From an uncultured Microthrixaceae bacterium (GTDB taxonomy: Bacteria > Actinomycetota > Acidimicrobiia > Acidimicrobiales > DATDAH01): a stretch of DNA of 64,000 nt. Below the pieces are notes generated by a model, which was given only the letters and a program-made list of their open reading frames with translations, did no database searches and was not told where the DNA came from. The translations under genes were made by a program, and so were the position numbers. Location: assembly GCA_963823495.1 (NCBI GenBank), contig CAWGLV010000001.1:3372561-3436560 (forward strand). The letters run 5' to 3'. Below, piece after piece: positions 39,898 through 48,959 of the stretch. The number at the start of each line of letters is the position of its first letter. The stretch's first letter is position 1.

Positions 39898-40776
39898 TCA
39901 CTCCCCGGTCAGCATGCGGTTGACGATCATGTCGATGTCGTAGCGGTCATCGGCGCCGGGGAGCTCCTCGCGGTCGAAGGCCCCCAGCACCTCCTCGCAG
40001 CGCTCGGCGGCGAACTTGCGGGAGTGGGCGTGGGTGACGATGACGAAGTCGCCCCGCTGGACACCGGCCACGGCCCGGGCGGCGAGATCTTCGGCGGGCA
40101 TGCCCTGGTCGAAGAGCTGCTTGGCCATGTCGTGGCCCATGGCGTTGGTCCCGACATCGTCGGGCCGGTTGCGGTCCGCTTCCCACAGCCGGGTGCTCAC
40201 CAGGCCGGGGCACAGGACGCTGACCCCGATGAAGTCCGGGACCTCACGGCGCAGGACGTCGGAGAAGGCGAGCACGGCGTGCTTGCTCGCGGTGTAGGGC
40301 GCGCTCATGGCGTTGGGGACCCCGAGGCTGTGCTCAGAGCCGGTGGTCACGATCCGACACGGGGTGCCCTGCTCGAGGAAGCGACGGCCGAACTCGACCA
40401 TGCCGATGAAGGGCCCGAGGGCGTTGACCTCGAGCACCCAGCGCATCTCCTCCAGCGGGGTCTCCAGGAGCAGGTTGGTGCCGACGACACCGGCGTTGTT
40501 CCACATCAGGTCGACGCCGTCCAGTGCCTCCCAGGCCCGGTCGGCGAGAGCCCGCACGTCGTCGGGGTCGGTCACGTCACAGCGGGTGGCCGCACCCCGG
40601 GTGCCCTTGGCCTCGACGGCCCGCGCCGTCTCCTCCGCCGCCTCGAGGTCGACGTCGGCGGCCATCACGTCCATCCCGGCCTCCGCGAGGGCGAGACAGA
40701 GCGCCCGACCGATGCCGCTGCCCCCGCCGGTCACCACCCCGGCCTTCCCGGTCAGGTCACCCTGCAGTCCCGCCAT
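39898..40776 (-). CDS. SDR family oxidoreductase
   Basis: TGGGSGIG, NNAG, YTASK. Confidence 0.92.
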   Translation of the reverse strand: MAGLQGDLTGKAGVVTGGGSGIGRALCLALAEAGMDVMAADVDLEAAEETARAVEAKGTRGAATRCDVTDPDDVRALADRAWEALDGVDLMWNNAGVVGTNLLLETPLEEMRWVLEVNALGPFIGMVEFGRRFLEQGTPCRIVTTGSEHSLGVPNAMSAPYTASKHAVLAFSDVLRREVPDFIGVSVLCPGLVSTRLWEADRNRPDDVGTNAMGHDMAKQLFDQGMPAEDLAARAVAGVQRGDFVIVTHAHSRKFAAERCEEVLGAFDREELPGADDRYDIDMIVNRMLTGE

Positions 40777-40844
40777 GTCACTCCCCCTCTGGTCGCCCCC
40801 TCGGGGCTCGGGCGGCCAAGGTACTGGTCTGCCACGATGGTCGG

Positions 40845-41795
40845 GTGACCAGGACCGCGCCGTACACCCGGGGTCTGCACGAGGTCGGTGACGGGGTCTT
40901 CGTCTGGCTCCAACCCGACGGCGGCTGGGGCTGGAGCAACGCCGGGCTCCTACGCGGCGAGGGGGGCTCGTTGCTGGTCGACACCCTCTTCGACCTGGGC
41001 CTGACCCGGGCCATGCTCGACGCCATGGCACCCATCACGGCCACGGCCCCGATCGCCACCCTCGTCAACACCCATGCCAACGGCGACCACTGCTACGGCA
41101 ACCAGTTGGTCACCGGCGCCGAAGTCATCGCCTCGGCCGCCTCGGCGGCGGAGATGGAGCAGCTTCCGCCTTCCACCCTCGGGGCGATGACGAGCCTGGA
41201 TCTCGGCGAGGTGACCAACCGGTACATCGCCATGGCCTTCGGCCCCTTCACCTTCGACGACATCGAGCCACCGCACCCGGACCGGACCTTCTCGGGCGCC
41301 CTGAGCATCGAGGTGGCCGGGCGACCGGTCGAACTGATCGAGGTCGGTCCCGCCCACACCGCCGGCGACGTCATCGTCCACCTGCCCGATGCGGCCACGG
41401 TCTGCACCGGCGACATCCTCTTCCACGACGGCACGCCCATCATCTGGGACGGACCCGTCCAGAACTGGCTGGACGCCTGTGACCGGATCCTCGACCTCGA
41501 CGCCGAGGTGATCGTCCCCGGCCATGGCCCGCTGGCCGACGCCGAGGCCGTCGAGGACACCGCCGCCTACCTGCGCTTCGTGCGGGACGAGGCCATGGCC
41601 CGCCACGCCGCGGGCCTGTCGGCCACTGACGCGGCCTGGGACATCGACCTCGGGGACTACGCCGAGTGGGGCGAGTCCGAGCGCGTGGCCCTCAACGTCG
41701 ACGCCGTCTACCGGGAGATCGACCCCGCCTACGACTCCCCCGGGGTCCTCCCCCTCTTCACCCTCATGGCCGAGATCGCCGCCGCCCGCCCCTGA
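40845..41795 (+). CDS. MBL-fold metallo-hydrolase
   Basis: WGWSNAGL, THANGDH, PAHTAGD, GD, PGHG. Confidence 0.9.
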   Translation: MTRTAPYTRGLHEVGDGVFVWLQPDGGWGWSNAGLLRGEGGSLLVDTLFDLGLTRAMLDAMAPITATAPIATLVNTHANGDHCYGNQLVTGAEVIASAASAAEMEQLPPSTLGAMTSLDLGEVTNRYIAMAFGPFTFDDIEPPHPDRTFSGALSIEVAGRPVELIEVGPAHTAGDVIVHLPDAATVCTGDILFHDGTPIIWDGPVQNWLDACDRILDLDAEVIVPGHGPLADAEAVEDTAAYLRFVRDEAMARHAAGLSATDAAWDIDLGDYAEWGESERVALNVDAVYREIDPAYDSPGVLPLFTLMAEIAAARP

Positions 41796-41801
41796 GGATC
41801 C

Positions 41802-41851
41802 GTTCTGGGCCCTCCCACCCGCGGCCCACAACGGGTCGTGGGGCCCAGAAC
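41802..41851. repeat. 50-bp hairpin element
   Basis: GTTCTGGGCC...CCACAAC...GGCCCAGAAC, same subtype as 9527. Confidence 0.85.
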
Positions 41852-41858
41852 GAGTGGA

Positions 41859-43460
41859 TCAGGGAATCGGGGCGTACCGCCGGAAGCTCCACCGGCCGTT
41901 CGCGCTACGACCGGGGAGGTCGTTGGCCAGTCCGACCCAACGACCCGCGACGGGCGGCACGGCCTGGCCGTAGCGGATCATCTGCTGGGGGGTCCCGCTG
42001 GTGAGGCTGCGCCGGAAGCGCCAGCGGGAACCCCGGACCATGCCCGGGTCCGTGCGGCCGTTGCCGTCCCAGTCCCCGGCGACCGGGATGTCGTTGCGGT
42101 GCCCGAAGGTGAACGTGGCGAACGGGGGTCCGGTCGAGTTCCGGTTGCGGACCCGCCAGATGTTGCCGTCGACCATCCCCGGCGTGTCGACGCCGTCCCC
42201 GTTCCAGTCCCCCACCACCGGTCGCTGGCCCGGGGCGCCGAAACGAAACACCCGGACCGGGGCGCCAGGGGTGTTGCTGTTGCGCAGCAGCCACCGGTTG
42301 CCCCGTACGACCCCGGCGGTCTCGGTGCCGTTGCCGTCCCAGTCCCCGCAGACCGGACGGTCACCGGGGTTGCCGTAGAAGAACACCTTGGTGGGCCCAC
42401 CCGAGTTCAGGTTGTTGCGCAGGCGCCACTGGTTTCCCCGGACCACGCCCGGCGTCTCGACGCCGTCGCCGTTCCAGTCACAGGACAGGACCTTGTCCCC
42501 CGGCTGACCGAAGGTGGCCCGCTTGACCGGTGGCCCCACGCGGCGGGCCCGCACGCCGTGCCGCCCGGCCGCAGAGGAGCGCTCACCCGACACCGGCCAG
42601 GTGTTGTGCCGACACCCGTTGAGGCCCTTGGACTGCTGCTGCATCACCGGCGCGGGTTGACCGCCGCCGGGACAGCCCGCGTGGCCGAAGCCCATCCAGT
42701 GCCCCACCTCGTGGTTGACGACGTAGTGCCGGTAACCGTCGAGGGACCCGCCACCGCCCCGCCAGGAGTCGGTGGCCTGCTGCCAGCGGGTCTGGTTGAT
42801 GATCACACTGCGTCCCACGCGACAGGACCACGCGCTGCTGCAGGGTGAGCCGAAGGACGGCACCGTCGCCGCCTCGGCCAGGTAGACGGTGAAGGCGCCA
42901 CCGCGGTCCACCTGCCGGAACTCGATGGCCCCGCCCAGCGACCAACCGCGGGGGTCGTTCAGGGTCTGGTTCACGTGCAGGGCGAAGTACTGGGTGTTGG
43001 CCCGGATGCGTCCGCGGGTGGACAGGGAGTAGGTGTAGGTCCGACTCTGGGGCGCCAACTCCGTCCCGCCGCTCTCGGTGCCGCCCCGCGGGCGGGGGTC
43101 CTCGGGCCGGGGACCGACGGTGACGACCACCGGGTCACTACGGGCGCTCTCCCCCGCTTCCGTCATGGCGCTGACCTCGTAGCGGTGACGGTCGCCGTCG
43201 TTCAGTCCGGTGTCGGTGTGGACGGCGGCCGACAGGTCGGTGACCGCCGCGACACGCCGGCCGTCGCGGTAGATCCGGTAGGCGGACACGCTCCCGGCGG
43301 CCGGTGCGGACCAGGTCAGGGTCACCGCGCCCTGACCGGGGACGGCCTCGACGTGCCGCGGTGGGGTTGGGCCCGGGGATGACGCCGCCGCCGGTCCGCC
43401 GGCAACGACCAGGGAGGCAACCCCCGCCAAGGCCCCGACCACCGCCAGGATCCGCTGCAT
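41859..43460 (-). CDS. Secreted FN3 + DUF3152 zincin + GDWDG repeat protein
   Basis: FN3 (LTWSAP, YRIYRDG, YEVSA), LNDPRGW...NHEVGHWMGFGH, repeated GDW(D/N)G.G..T.G. Confidence 0.85.
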   Translation of the reverse strand: MQRILAVVGALAGVASLVVAGGPAAASSPGPTPPRHVEAVPGQGAVTLTWSAPAAGSVSAYRIYRDGRRVAAVTDLSAAVHTDTGLNDGDRHRYEVSAMTEAGESARSDPVVVTVGPRPEDPRPRGGTESGGTELAPQSRTYTYSLSTRGRIRANTQYFALHVNQTLNDPRGWSLGGAIEFRQVDRGGAFTVYLAEAATVPSFGSPCSSAWSCRVGRSVIINQTRWQQATDSWRGGGGSLDGYRHYVVNHEVGHWMGFGHAGCPGGGQPAPVMQQQSKGLNGCRHNTWPVSGERSSAAGRHGVRARRVGPPVKRATFGQPGDKVLSCDWNGDGVETPGVVRGNQWRLRNNLNSGGPTKVFFYGNPGDRPVCGDWDGNGTETAGVVRGNRWLLRNSNTPGAPVRVFRFGAPGQRPVVGDWNGDGVDTPGMVDGNIWRVRNRNSTGPPFATFTFGHRNDIPVAGDWDGNGRTDPGMVRGSRWRFRRSLTSGTPQQMIRYGQAVPPVAGRWVGLANDLPGRSANGRWSFRRYAPIP

Positions 43461-43556
43461 CGACGCCGACGGTAGTCGCGGCGCCCGTTGCGGCGACCCA
43501 CCCGCTCCGGCACCGGATTCCAGGCTCAGAGCACGGGAATCCGCTGCCGTTGCGCC

Positions 43557-44132
43557 TCAGGGCGCCGGTGCCACCTCGACCCGGTCGCGACCGAGCGCCT
43601 TGGCCTGCTGCTCGGCCGAGAAGGCCCGCTCGAACAGGTCCTGTGACCGCTCACCCTGGAGATGGGTGGCCACGCCGAAGGACGCCCTGACGCCAGTGGG
43701 CACCTGCGGGACGACGAGCTGGGCCACCGCCGCCCGAGCCTGCTCGGCCCGAGCGGCGGCCACCCCGGCATCGCCGCCGAGCAGCACCAGGAGGAAGCCA
43801 TCGCTGCCCGTCGTCATCACCACGTCGAGCGGTCGGACCACGTCCGGGAGGGCGTGACCCACCGCGCTCAGCACCTCGTCGCCGGCGTCGTAGCCGTGGT
43901 TCGCGTTGACGACGTGCATCCCGTCCAGGTCGGCGAGCACGATCGAGAGGGGGACAGCGGCGGGCGTGAACTCGGCCACCACGACGTCGAGCGCCTCGGC
44001 GAACCGGTCCCCGCTGAACTGCAGGAGCCCTGTCCGTGGATCACGCTGCAGCCCTCGCCGCAACCGCTCGGCCGCCCGCAGGATCACGTCGTCCTGCGCG
44101 GCCGACGGCGACTCGCTCTGATTACCAGCCAT
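43557..44132 (-). CDS. Degenerate GGDEF-domain protein
   Basis: DPRTGL, LADLDGMHVVNANHGYDAGDEVL, GSDGF in place of GGDEF, SFGVA, AKALGRDRV. Confidence 0.8.
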   Translation of the reverse strand: MAGNQSESPSAAQDDVILRAAERLRRGLQRDPRTGLLQFSGDRFAEALDVVVAEFTPAAVPLSIVLADLDGMHVVNANHGYDAGDEVLSAVGHALPDVVRPLDVVMTTGSDGFLLVLLGGDAGVAAARAEQARAAVAQLVVPQVPTGVRASFGVATHLQGERSQDLFERAFSAEQQAKALGRDRVEVAPAP

Positions 44133-44258
44133 CCTGACACCCGAGTGTGCCACGGCATCGTCCTGGGCGACGCCATGGCGGCGGACGCGGCGGTCGAGGG
44201 CACGACCACCGGTCAGCAGGCGCATCTGCAGTGACGCCTGAGCCATTGGCCAGATCGA

Positions 44259-44460
44259 CGCCGCCCGCCGGACGCGAAACGACCCCCGCAGATCGCGGAG
44301 GTCGATGGCAGCCCCAACGGGGTTCGAACCCGTGTCTCCACCCATGGGCACGGTGTGGTGTCCTCGGCGACACCGTCGCCGCCCGCCGGACGCGAAACGA
44401 CCCCCGCAGATCGCGGAGGTCGATGGCAGCCCCAACGGGGTTCGAACCCGTGTCTCCACC
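44259..44460. repeat. 84-bp direct repeat (44259-44342, 44377-44460), each with a tRNA-Glu 3' fragment and terminator hairpin
   Basis: Identical units CGCCGCCCGCC...GACCCCCGCAGATCGCGGAGGTCGA-TGGCAGCCCC...TCTCCACC, period 118 bp. Confidence 0.92.
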
Positions 44461-44583
44461 TTGAGAGGGTGATTTGGGCCGACACGGGTGGATCTAGGTG
44501 GACGCTAGCGGACAGAAATCCCTGCGGAATCGGGCGTCTTCCGACTCGTCGGGCCTCGACGGACGCCCTCGGACATCAGCGGA

Positions 44584-44601
44584 TGTGGGATCAGTGTGGG
44601 A
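44584..44601. other. Putative integrase arm-type site pair (left)
   Basis: TGTGGGA-TCAG-TGTGGGA ~110 bp inside the left att core; matched at 48871. Confidence 0.6.
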
Positions 44602-44766
44602 TGGGGTCACCCCGTGGGAACCTGTCCCCATGGGCACCAGCGACCCCAGCGACGAGACCTTCATGGCCGAGGGTGTGCCGTCCGCATGCCGAATCCCACC
44701 ATGACCACCAGGGGGGGTGACCCCCCGGTAGCCCGGCTGGGGTGGGACTCGACGGCGGTCCGAGCT

Positions 44767-45372
44767 TCAGCAGGTGACGGTGACGGTGAAGGTGCTGTTC
44801 GGGTCCCCGAGGAGGTACGGCACTTCACCGCTGATCGGGTCGATGTGCTGGAGCCGCACTCGCAGTGCATCGGCTGGCCCCGGTCCGGTACCGTCTGGGG
44901 GAAGGGGGCCGCCGTCATTCTCCGCAAGGATCGTTCCCCAGCCATTGGTTGGGCCGAAGTAGTTGTTGGCGTTGATCGTCGCCGTCCACCCGCAGTTGGC
45001 AATGGACCGGTTGAAGGTCACCAGATAGTCGTTCACGGGTTCGCCCCTCTTGACGACCGACGTGACCCCACGACCGGCGACCAACACCGGGTTGTTGTCG
45101 GCGTCGTTTCCGACTCGGGCGAAGAGCGGCAGGGCGGTCGGGGCGAGGTCGGCGACGCCCACGGACCCGTTGGCGATGTCGATGCCCTGGATGGTGCCGT
45201 TCTTGATGTCGATGCCCTGGATGGTGCCGTTGACGATCTTGGCGCTGTTCACCGAGTTGTTCGGCACCGAGGCCACAGCGATGCCTCCGGCGACCACCAC
45301 CGTGGTCACGATCACCGATGTGATCGCCACCGCCAACCGTGAACCGAACACCCCAGTAGATGATCTGGTCAT
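44767..45372 (-). CDS. Secreted hypothetical protein with 10-aa NGTIQGIDI repeats
   Basis: Signal/TM segment, SVNSAKIVNGTIQGIDIKNGTIQGIDIANGSV, ends in ...FTVTVTC. Confidence 0.7.
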   Translation of the reverse strand: MTRSSTGVFGSRLAVAITSVIVTTVVVAGGIAVASVPNNSVNSAKIVNGTIQGIDIKNGTIQGIDIANGSVGVADLAPTALPLFARVGNDADNNPVLVAGRGVTSVVKRGEPVNDYLVTFNRSIANCGWTATINANNYFGPTNGWGTILAENDGGPLPPDGTGPGPADALRVRLQHIDPISGEVPYLLGDPNSTFTVTVTC

Positions 45373-45552
45373 GATGACCTCCGTGCCCGAACAGGCGAAC
45401 CCTTCGGACCGGGACCTTCCCAGCGCCGCACGGGCAGGTCGATCTTCCCCAAGGAGATGATCCGGCACCAGAGGCTTTGGACCCCCCGGGGCAACCGGGG
45501 AACTGCCGTAACCGAGGCCACCACTCAGTGTTCACCGGTGGGAGAGTGCGGT

Positions 45553-45738
45553 ATGGGCACCACCAACCCCAGCTACGAGACCTTCCTGGCCCTGATCGAG
45601 GATGCCTTCCGGCGTCTGCTGGAGGAGCCGGAGGCCCGGGACCATGTGGCCGGGTTCGCCTCCGGGGACGTGGCCTTCGTGGTCACCCGGGATGGGCTGG
45701 AGGTCCGGGCGACCGGGACGTACGGGAGCCGAAACTAG
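45553..45738 (+). CDS. Small hypothetical protein (61 aa)
   Basis: GGAG RBS, good codon bias; its 5' end is duplicated at 44630. Confidence 0.55.
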   Translation: MGTTNPSYETFLALIEDAFRRLLEEPEARDHVAGFASGDVAFVVTRDGLEVRATGTYGSRN

Positions 45739-45838
45739 ACCAAGGCCGGGCGTCAACACGTATGTGTGTAAGAGCCGGTCAACGGCTGGGGAGAACTTCG
45801 CTTACCGCCAGCCCGCTCTTCTCCGACGGCGGCCAGCC

Positions 45839-46636
45839 CTAGGACACAGCGCCTCCGGCGAGGACCTGGGCGACCACTTCGGGATCGTAGAGGGTCTCGC
45901 AGGGGATCCCGTTGAGGTCGGCGTCCATCCGGTCGGGTTCACCCTCCAGGGACCAGTACACCAGCGACCAGAAGTACCCGCTCTCGTCGGGCACGGGTCC
46001 CTGCGAGAACGGGTACGGATCGAAGTCGGGGTTGAGGAGGTCACGGCAGTACAGGCCGTGGGGGACTTCCTGGTAGCGCTCCATGAGGCTCTCGGTCGAG
46101 CCGGGGATGTCGGTGCCGCCGTTGTAGGCGGCCCGTCCGGTCGTGTCGAGCACGTACACGATCACATTCCCGTCTTCCACTTCCATGCCCGGCTCGGTCG
46201 GGGTGCGGGCAACGCAGCCGAAGACGCCGCCCACGGCGACCGGGCCACTGTCTGTGCAGATGAGCTGGGTGGGTCCGGTGACCCCGTGGTCGGGCGAGGG
46301 TGGCGACTGGGTGTAACGGTCGTTGTACTGCTGTTGGATCCAGGCGGCCACGGCCTCGACGGTGGTGGTGGTCGCCTCGGTCGTGGTGGTCGGGGTCGTG
46401 GTGGTCGTCGTCGTGCTTGTCGTGGTGGTGGTCGTCGTGGTGGGGGTGCTGGTGGTGGTCGGTGCGGCGTCGTCGGCCTCGTCGTCGTCCTGGATCGCCC
46501 AGATCGTCACTCCGACCGCGACCAGGACCACAACGGCAGCGGCGGCCCACACCCACCAGCGACGCCACCAGGGATTCGGCGGGGACACGCCTTCGTCGCC
46601 TTCGCCCGGACCCGCCGGGACATCGGTGTCGGTCAC
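45839..46636 (-). CDS. Membrane-anchored Thr-linker protein with Excalibur-like motif (paralog 3, inside island)
   Basis: Highly similar to 38978..39772; identical SLVYWSLEGEPDRMDADLNGIPCETLY. Confidence 0.8.
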   Translation of the reverse strand: MTDTDVPAGPGEGDEGVSPPNPWWRRWWVWAAAAVVVLVAVGVTIWAIQDDDEADDAAPTTTSTPTTTTTTTTSTTTTTTTPTTTTEATTTTVEAVAAWIQQQYNDRYTQSPPSPDHGVTGPTQLICTDSGPVAVGGVFGCVARTPTEPGMEVEDGNVIVYVLDTTGRAAYNGGTDIPGSTESLMERYQEVPHGLYCRDLLNPDFDPYPFSQGPVPDESGYFWSLVYWSLEGEPDRMDADLNGIPCETLYDPEVVAQVLAGGAVS

Positions 46637-47118
46637 CTCCACAGTGTCCGACCACAGGCACCGCTACCGCAGAGGCGAAGGTCCCGGCCCGTCGGCTGAT
46701 CCACCACCTCCCATCAGCCGACCGTCACCAACCTGATGGGTCGAGTACACCGGCCCCGGTGCCCACGTCTCCTGAGAGGCCGGTGGAGGTCGCCCCGGCA
46801 GCCGCAGAGGGTCCCGGAGGCACCTGACCCCATCCCGGGCCGGGTAGCGGCTCTGTCCCGCCAGAGCCGGGAGGTCTGGTGGCCCGCCACCCGGGCGATG
46901 GCCCTGGGCATGACACCCCACCACGCCCCCGCCAGTGGCGTCTCGGACGAGTTCCCGGCGATGATGGACCTGACCACCTTGGTTACCGGCAGCGGCGCTC
47001 TGCGTGCCGTGGCGGGGCTGTGAGGGACCGGCACCCGGGAGACCCGGTCGCCCCTCCCCGTTCCCCACACCGCAACTAGCTGGTTTGTCATGGCCCGGGT
47101 CAAACGGGGCCGCTGTTG

Positions 47119-47634
47119 TCACCCACCCCGGCTGCGCAGCCAGGTCTCGATCTCCTCGCCGGTCACCCCCGTGGCCCGCATCGCCTTCACGACCGCCATG
47201 GTGTCGTCGTTGATGAAGACCATCCCCTCCGCCAGCAGCTCCTGGGCCGGGAGTTCCTGGTCCAGGCCGTGCAGGTCACGCAGGTCTTTGATGAGGGACC
47301 GTGCCTGCTTGACGTAGGCCAGGTGCTGGCTCGGGGTCTGGATCTCTCCCGGCCGGTCGGGCCGGTCGGCCTCGGGGTCCACAGCGTTGCGCCACACGCT
47401 GGCGAGCAGGTCCTGGAGGCGGTGTACCTGGAGGAGCCGCAACTCCCTGACGCCGTCGTTGACCATGTCCCGCAGCAGCCGCTGCACCACGGCGTGGGCC
47501 GCCTGCTTGCTGTTGTAGCCGACCTTGTCGGCGATCTCCTGGAAGGTGGCCCCAGACATCCGCCGCTCGGCCTGGCGCTCCCGCTCGGCCCGGTCCGAAG
47601 CAGTCCGTGAGGTGGTAGCTAGCACATCGCCCAT
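47119..47634 (-). CDS. HTH protein resembling actinophage terminase small subunit
   Basis: GATFQEIADKVGYNSKQAAHAVVQRLL...ELRLLQVHRLQDLLASVW...LHGLD pattern. Confidence 0.55.
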   Translation of the reverse strand: MGDVLATTSRTASDRAERERQAERRMSGATFQEIADKVGYNSKQAAHAVVQRLLRDMVNDGVRELRLLQVHRLQDLLASVWRNAVDPEADRPDRPGEIQTPSQHLAYVKQARSLIKDLRDLHGLDQELPAQELLAEGMVFINDDTMAVVKAMRATGVTGEEIETWLRSRGG

Positions 47635-47709
47635 TGCATCGATCTTCCCATCGGATGGATGGCGTGCTGCACATAGGACCGCCGCCCCGCACCGGATGGC
47701 GTCTCCCCG

Positions 47710-48726
47710 TCATGCAGTGTGCTGGTCATCGGTGAGGCCCGCATCGAGTGCGGAATCGGCCTGGAGTTGGGCGGCCCGGCGGGGTAGCAGGTCCGAGTTG
47801 AACGTGGGCCAGTGCTTGCAGAGGTCTTCGGAAGGGAACTGGGCTGACCGGTCTGTTAGCGGGTGGCTGGTCAGGTCCCGCAGATCAGCCAGCCACTCGG
47901 CGGCATCGGGGATGGCCTTGTCGAGCAGTTGCCCGACGCCGAACTGGACCGTGCCCCACTTGGGGGTCATCTGGGCGAGGACCCGGCCGTCCTTTTCGAT
48001 CTGTCGGGACACTCTGGTGACCCGAGCGTTCCAGCCATTGTCCTCGGCCCACTCGACCAGGTACAGGTCGGCCTGTCGGACCGCATCGGGGGCAGCAGCC
48101 AGGTCATCGTCGAAGCTGGTGGCTGGCTTGGCTCGCCGTTGACGTTGGGTGGCAGAGACTCCGACGAGGCGGGGCACGAACACCTTCGTGTCACCGTGGA
48201 CGTAGTGACCCACCTCCACCCCGGCCACTTCGGTGTCGGGCATCTGGTCGTTGAGGTACTCGATGATCCGCACCAGCTCGTCGGGCAACCGGTCCGCCAC
48301 GATCATGAGCCGGAGATGACCGGCTTCTAGGTTCGACGCCACGGTGTCCCAGAACGCATCGGGGTCCCCGTCCTCGCCGAGGAAGTCAGCCACGGTGCCC
48401 GGGTCCCGCTCCTCCACGGTCCGGCGGAGCCGCTCCACGGGCCAGAACCGAACGGCGTTGGCGGCGTAGTCGAGAAGCTGGCCGACCACCTCACGGCGGA
48501 TCTGGGTGTTGGTCGAACGCTTCACCTCGACCAGGGTGGGAACGGCGTCCTGGTCGATGAACAGATGGTCCACCGCCCACCGGTCCGCACCTCCCACTTC
48601 ACCGGGCACCCCCAGCTCCCGGTCGACGAGCAGCCACCGACGAGGCTCCTCGGGGTTGACCTGCGAACCGGCCAACAGGTCCGGGTAGTCAGCCAGGAAG
48701 CCCTGGAGGACGGCCTCACTGTTGTA
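47710..48726 (-). pseudogene. PD-(D/E)xK nuclease (NucS/RecB-like), apparently 5'-truncated
   Basis: YNSEAVLQ, VDHLFID...LVEVKR, VVGQLLDYAA; no in-frame start upstream of the conserved YxSE motif. Confidence 0.65.
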
Positions 48727-48870
48727 GCACGCCGCTGAGGACCGGGACCGGGAGCTTGTCGACCGCCTCGATGCCGTGATTGACCGGGCAGGGCGTCCCC
48801 TGGCACCGGTCGAGGCCCTACCCGGGGATCGTGCCGCCTGAGAGGAAGACCCGGTCCTGCCGGTTTCGGG

Positions 48871-48888
48871 TGTGGGACCAGTGTGGGA
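48871..48888. other. Putative integrase arm-type site pair (right)
   Basis: TGTGGGA-CCAG-TGTGGGA ~70 bp from the tRNA 3' end. Confidence 0.6.
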
Positions 48889-48931
48889 TTAGGCCCACTA
48901 CGGCAACGATGGCCTGCGGTCCGAATGGCCG

Positions 48932-48953
48932 AAACCCCCTGCTGAGCAGGGGA
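48932..48953 (-). terminator. Intrinsic terminator downstream of tRNA-Glu
   Basis: CCCCTGCT-C-AGCAGGGG followed by GTTT on the minus strand. Confidence 0.6.
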
Positions 48954-48959
48954 TATGTG

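Noticed and set aside
43557-44459. 300-aa N-terminally extended GGDEF ORF from the track
   Set aside because: The extension is translated att/tRNA repeat sequence; the real start is more likely 44132
44306-44471. Additional functional tRNA-Glu genes
   Set aside because: Both copies lack the 5' acceptor strand and D-arm; they are att fragments
36700-46636. Diversity-generating retroelement acting on RCC1 repeats or the Excalibur paralogs
   Set aside because: No reverse transcriptase, and differences between copies are not adenine-specific
46736-47122. Short ORFs between the island genes
   Set aside because: No recognisable motif or RBS and conflicting frames; possibly decayed sequence
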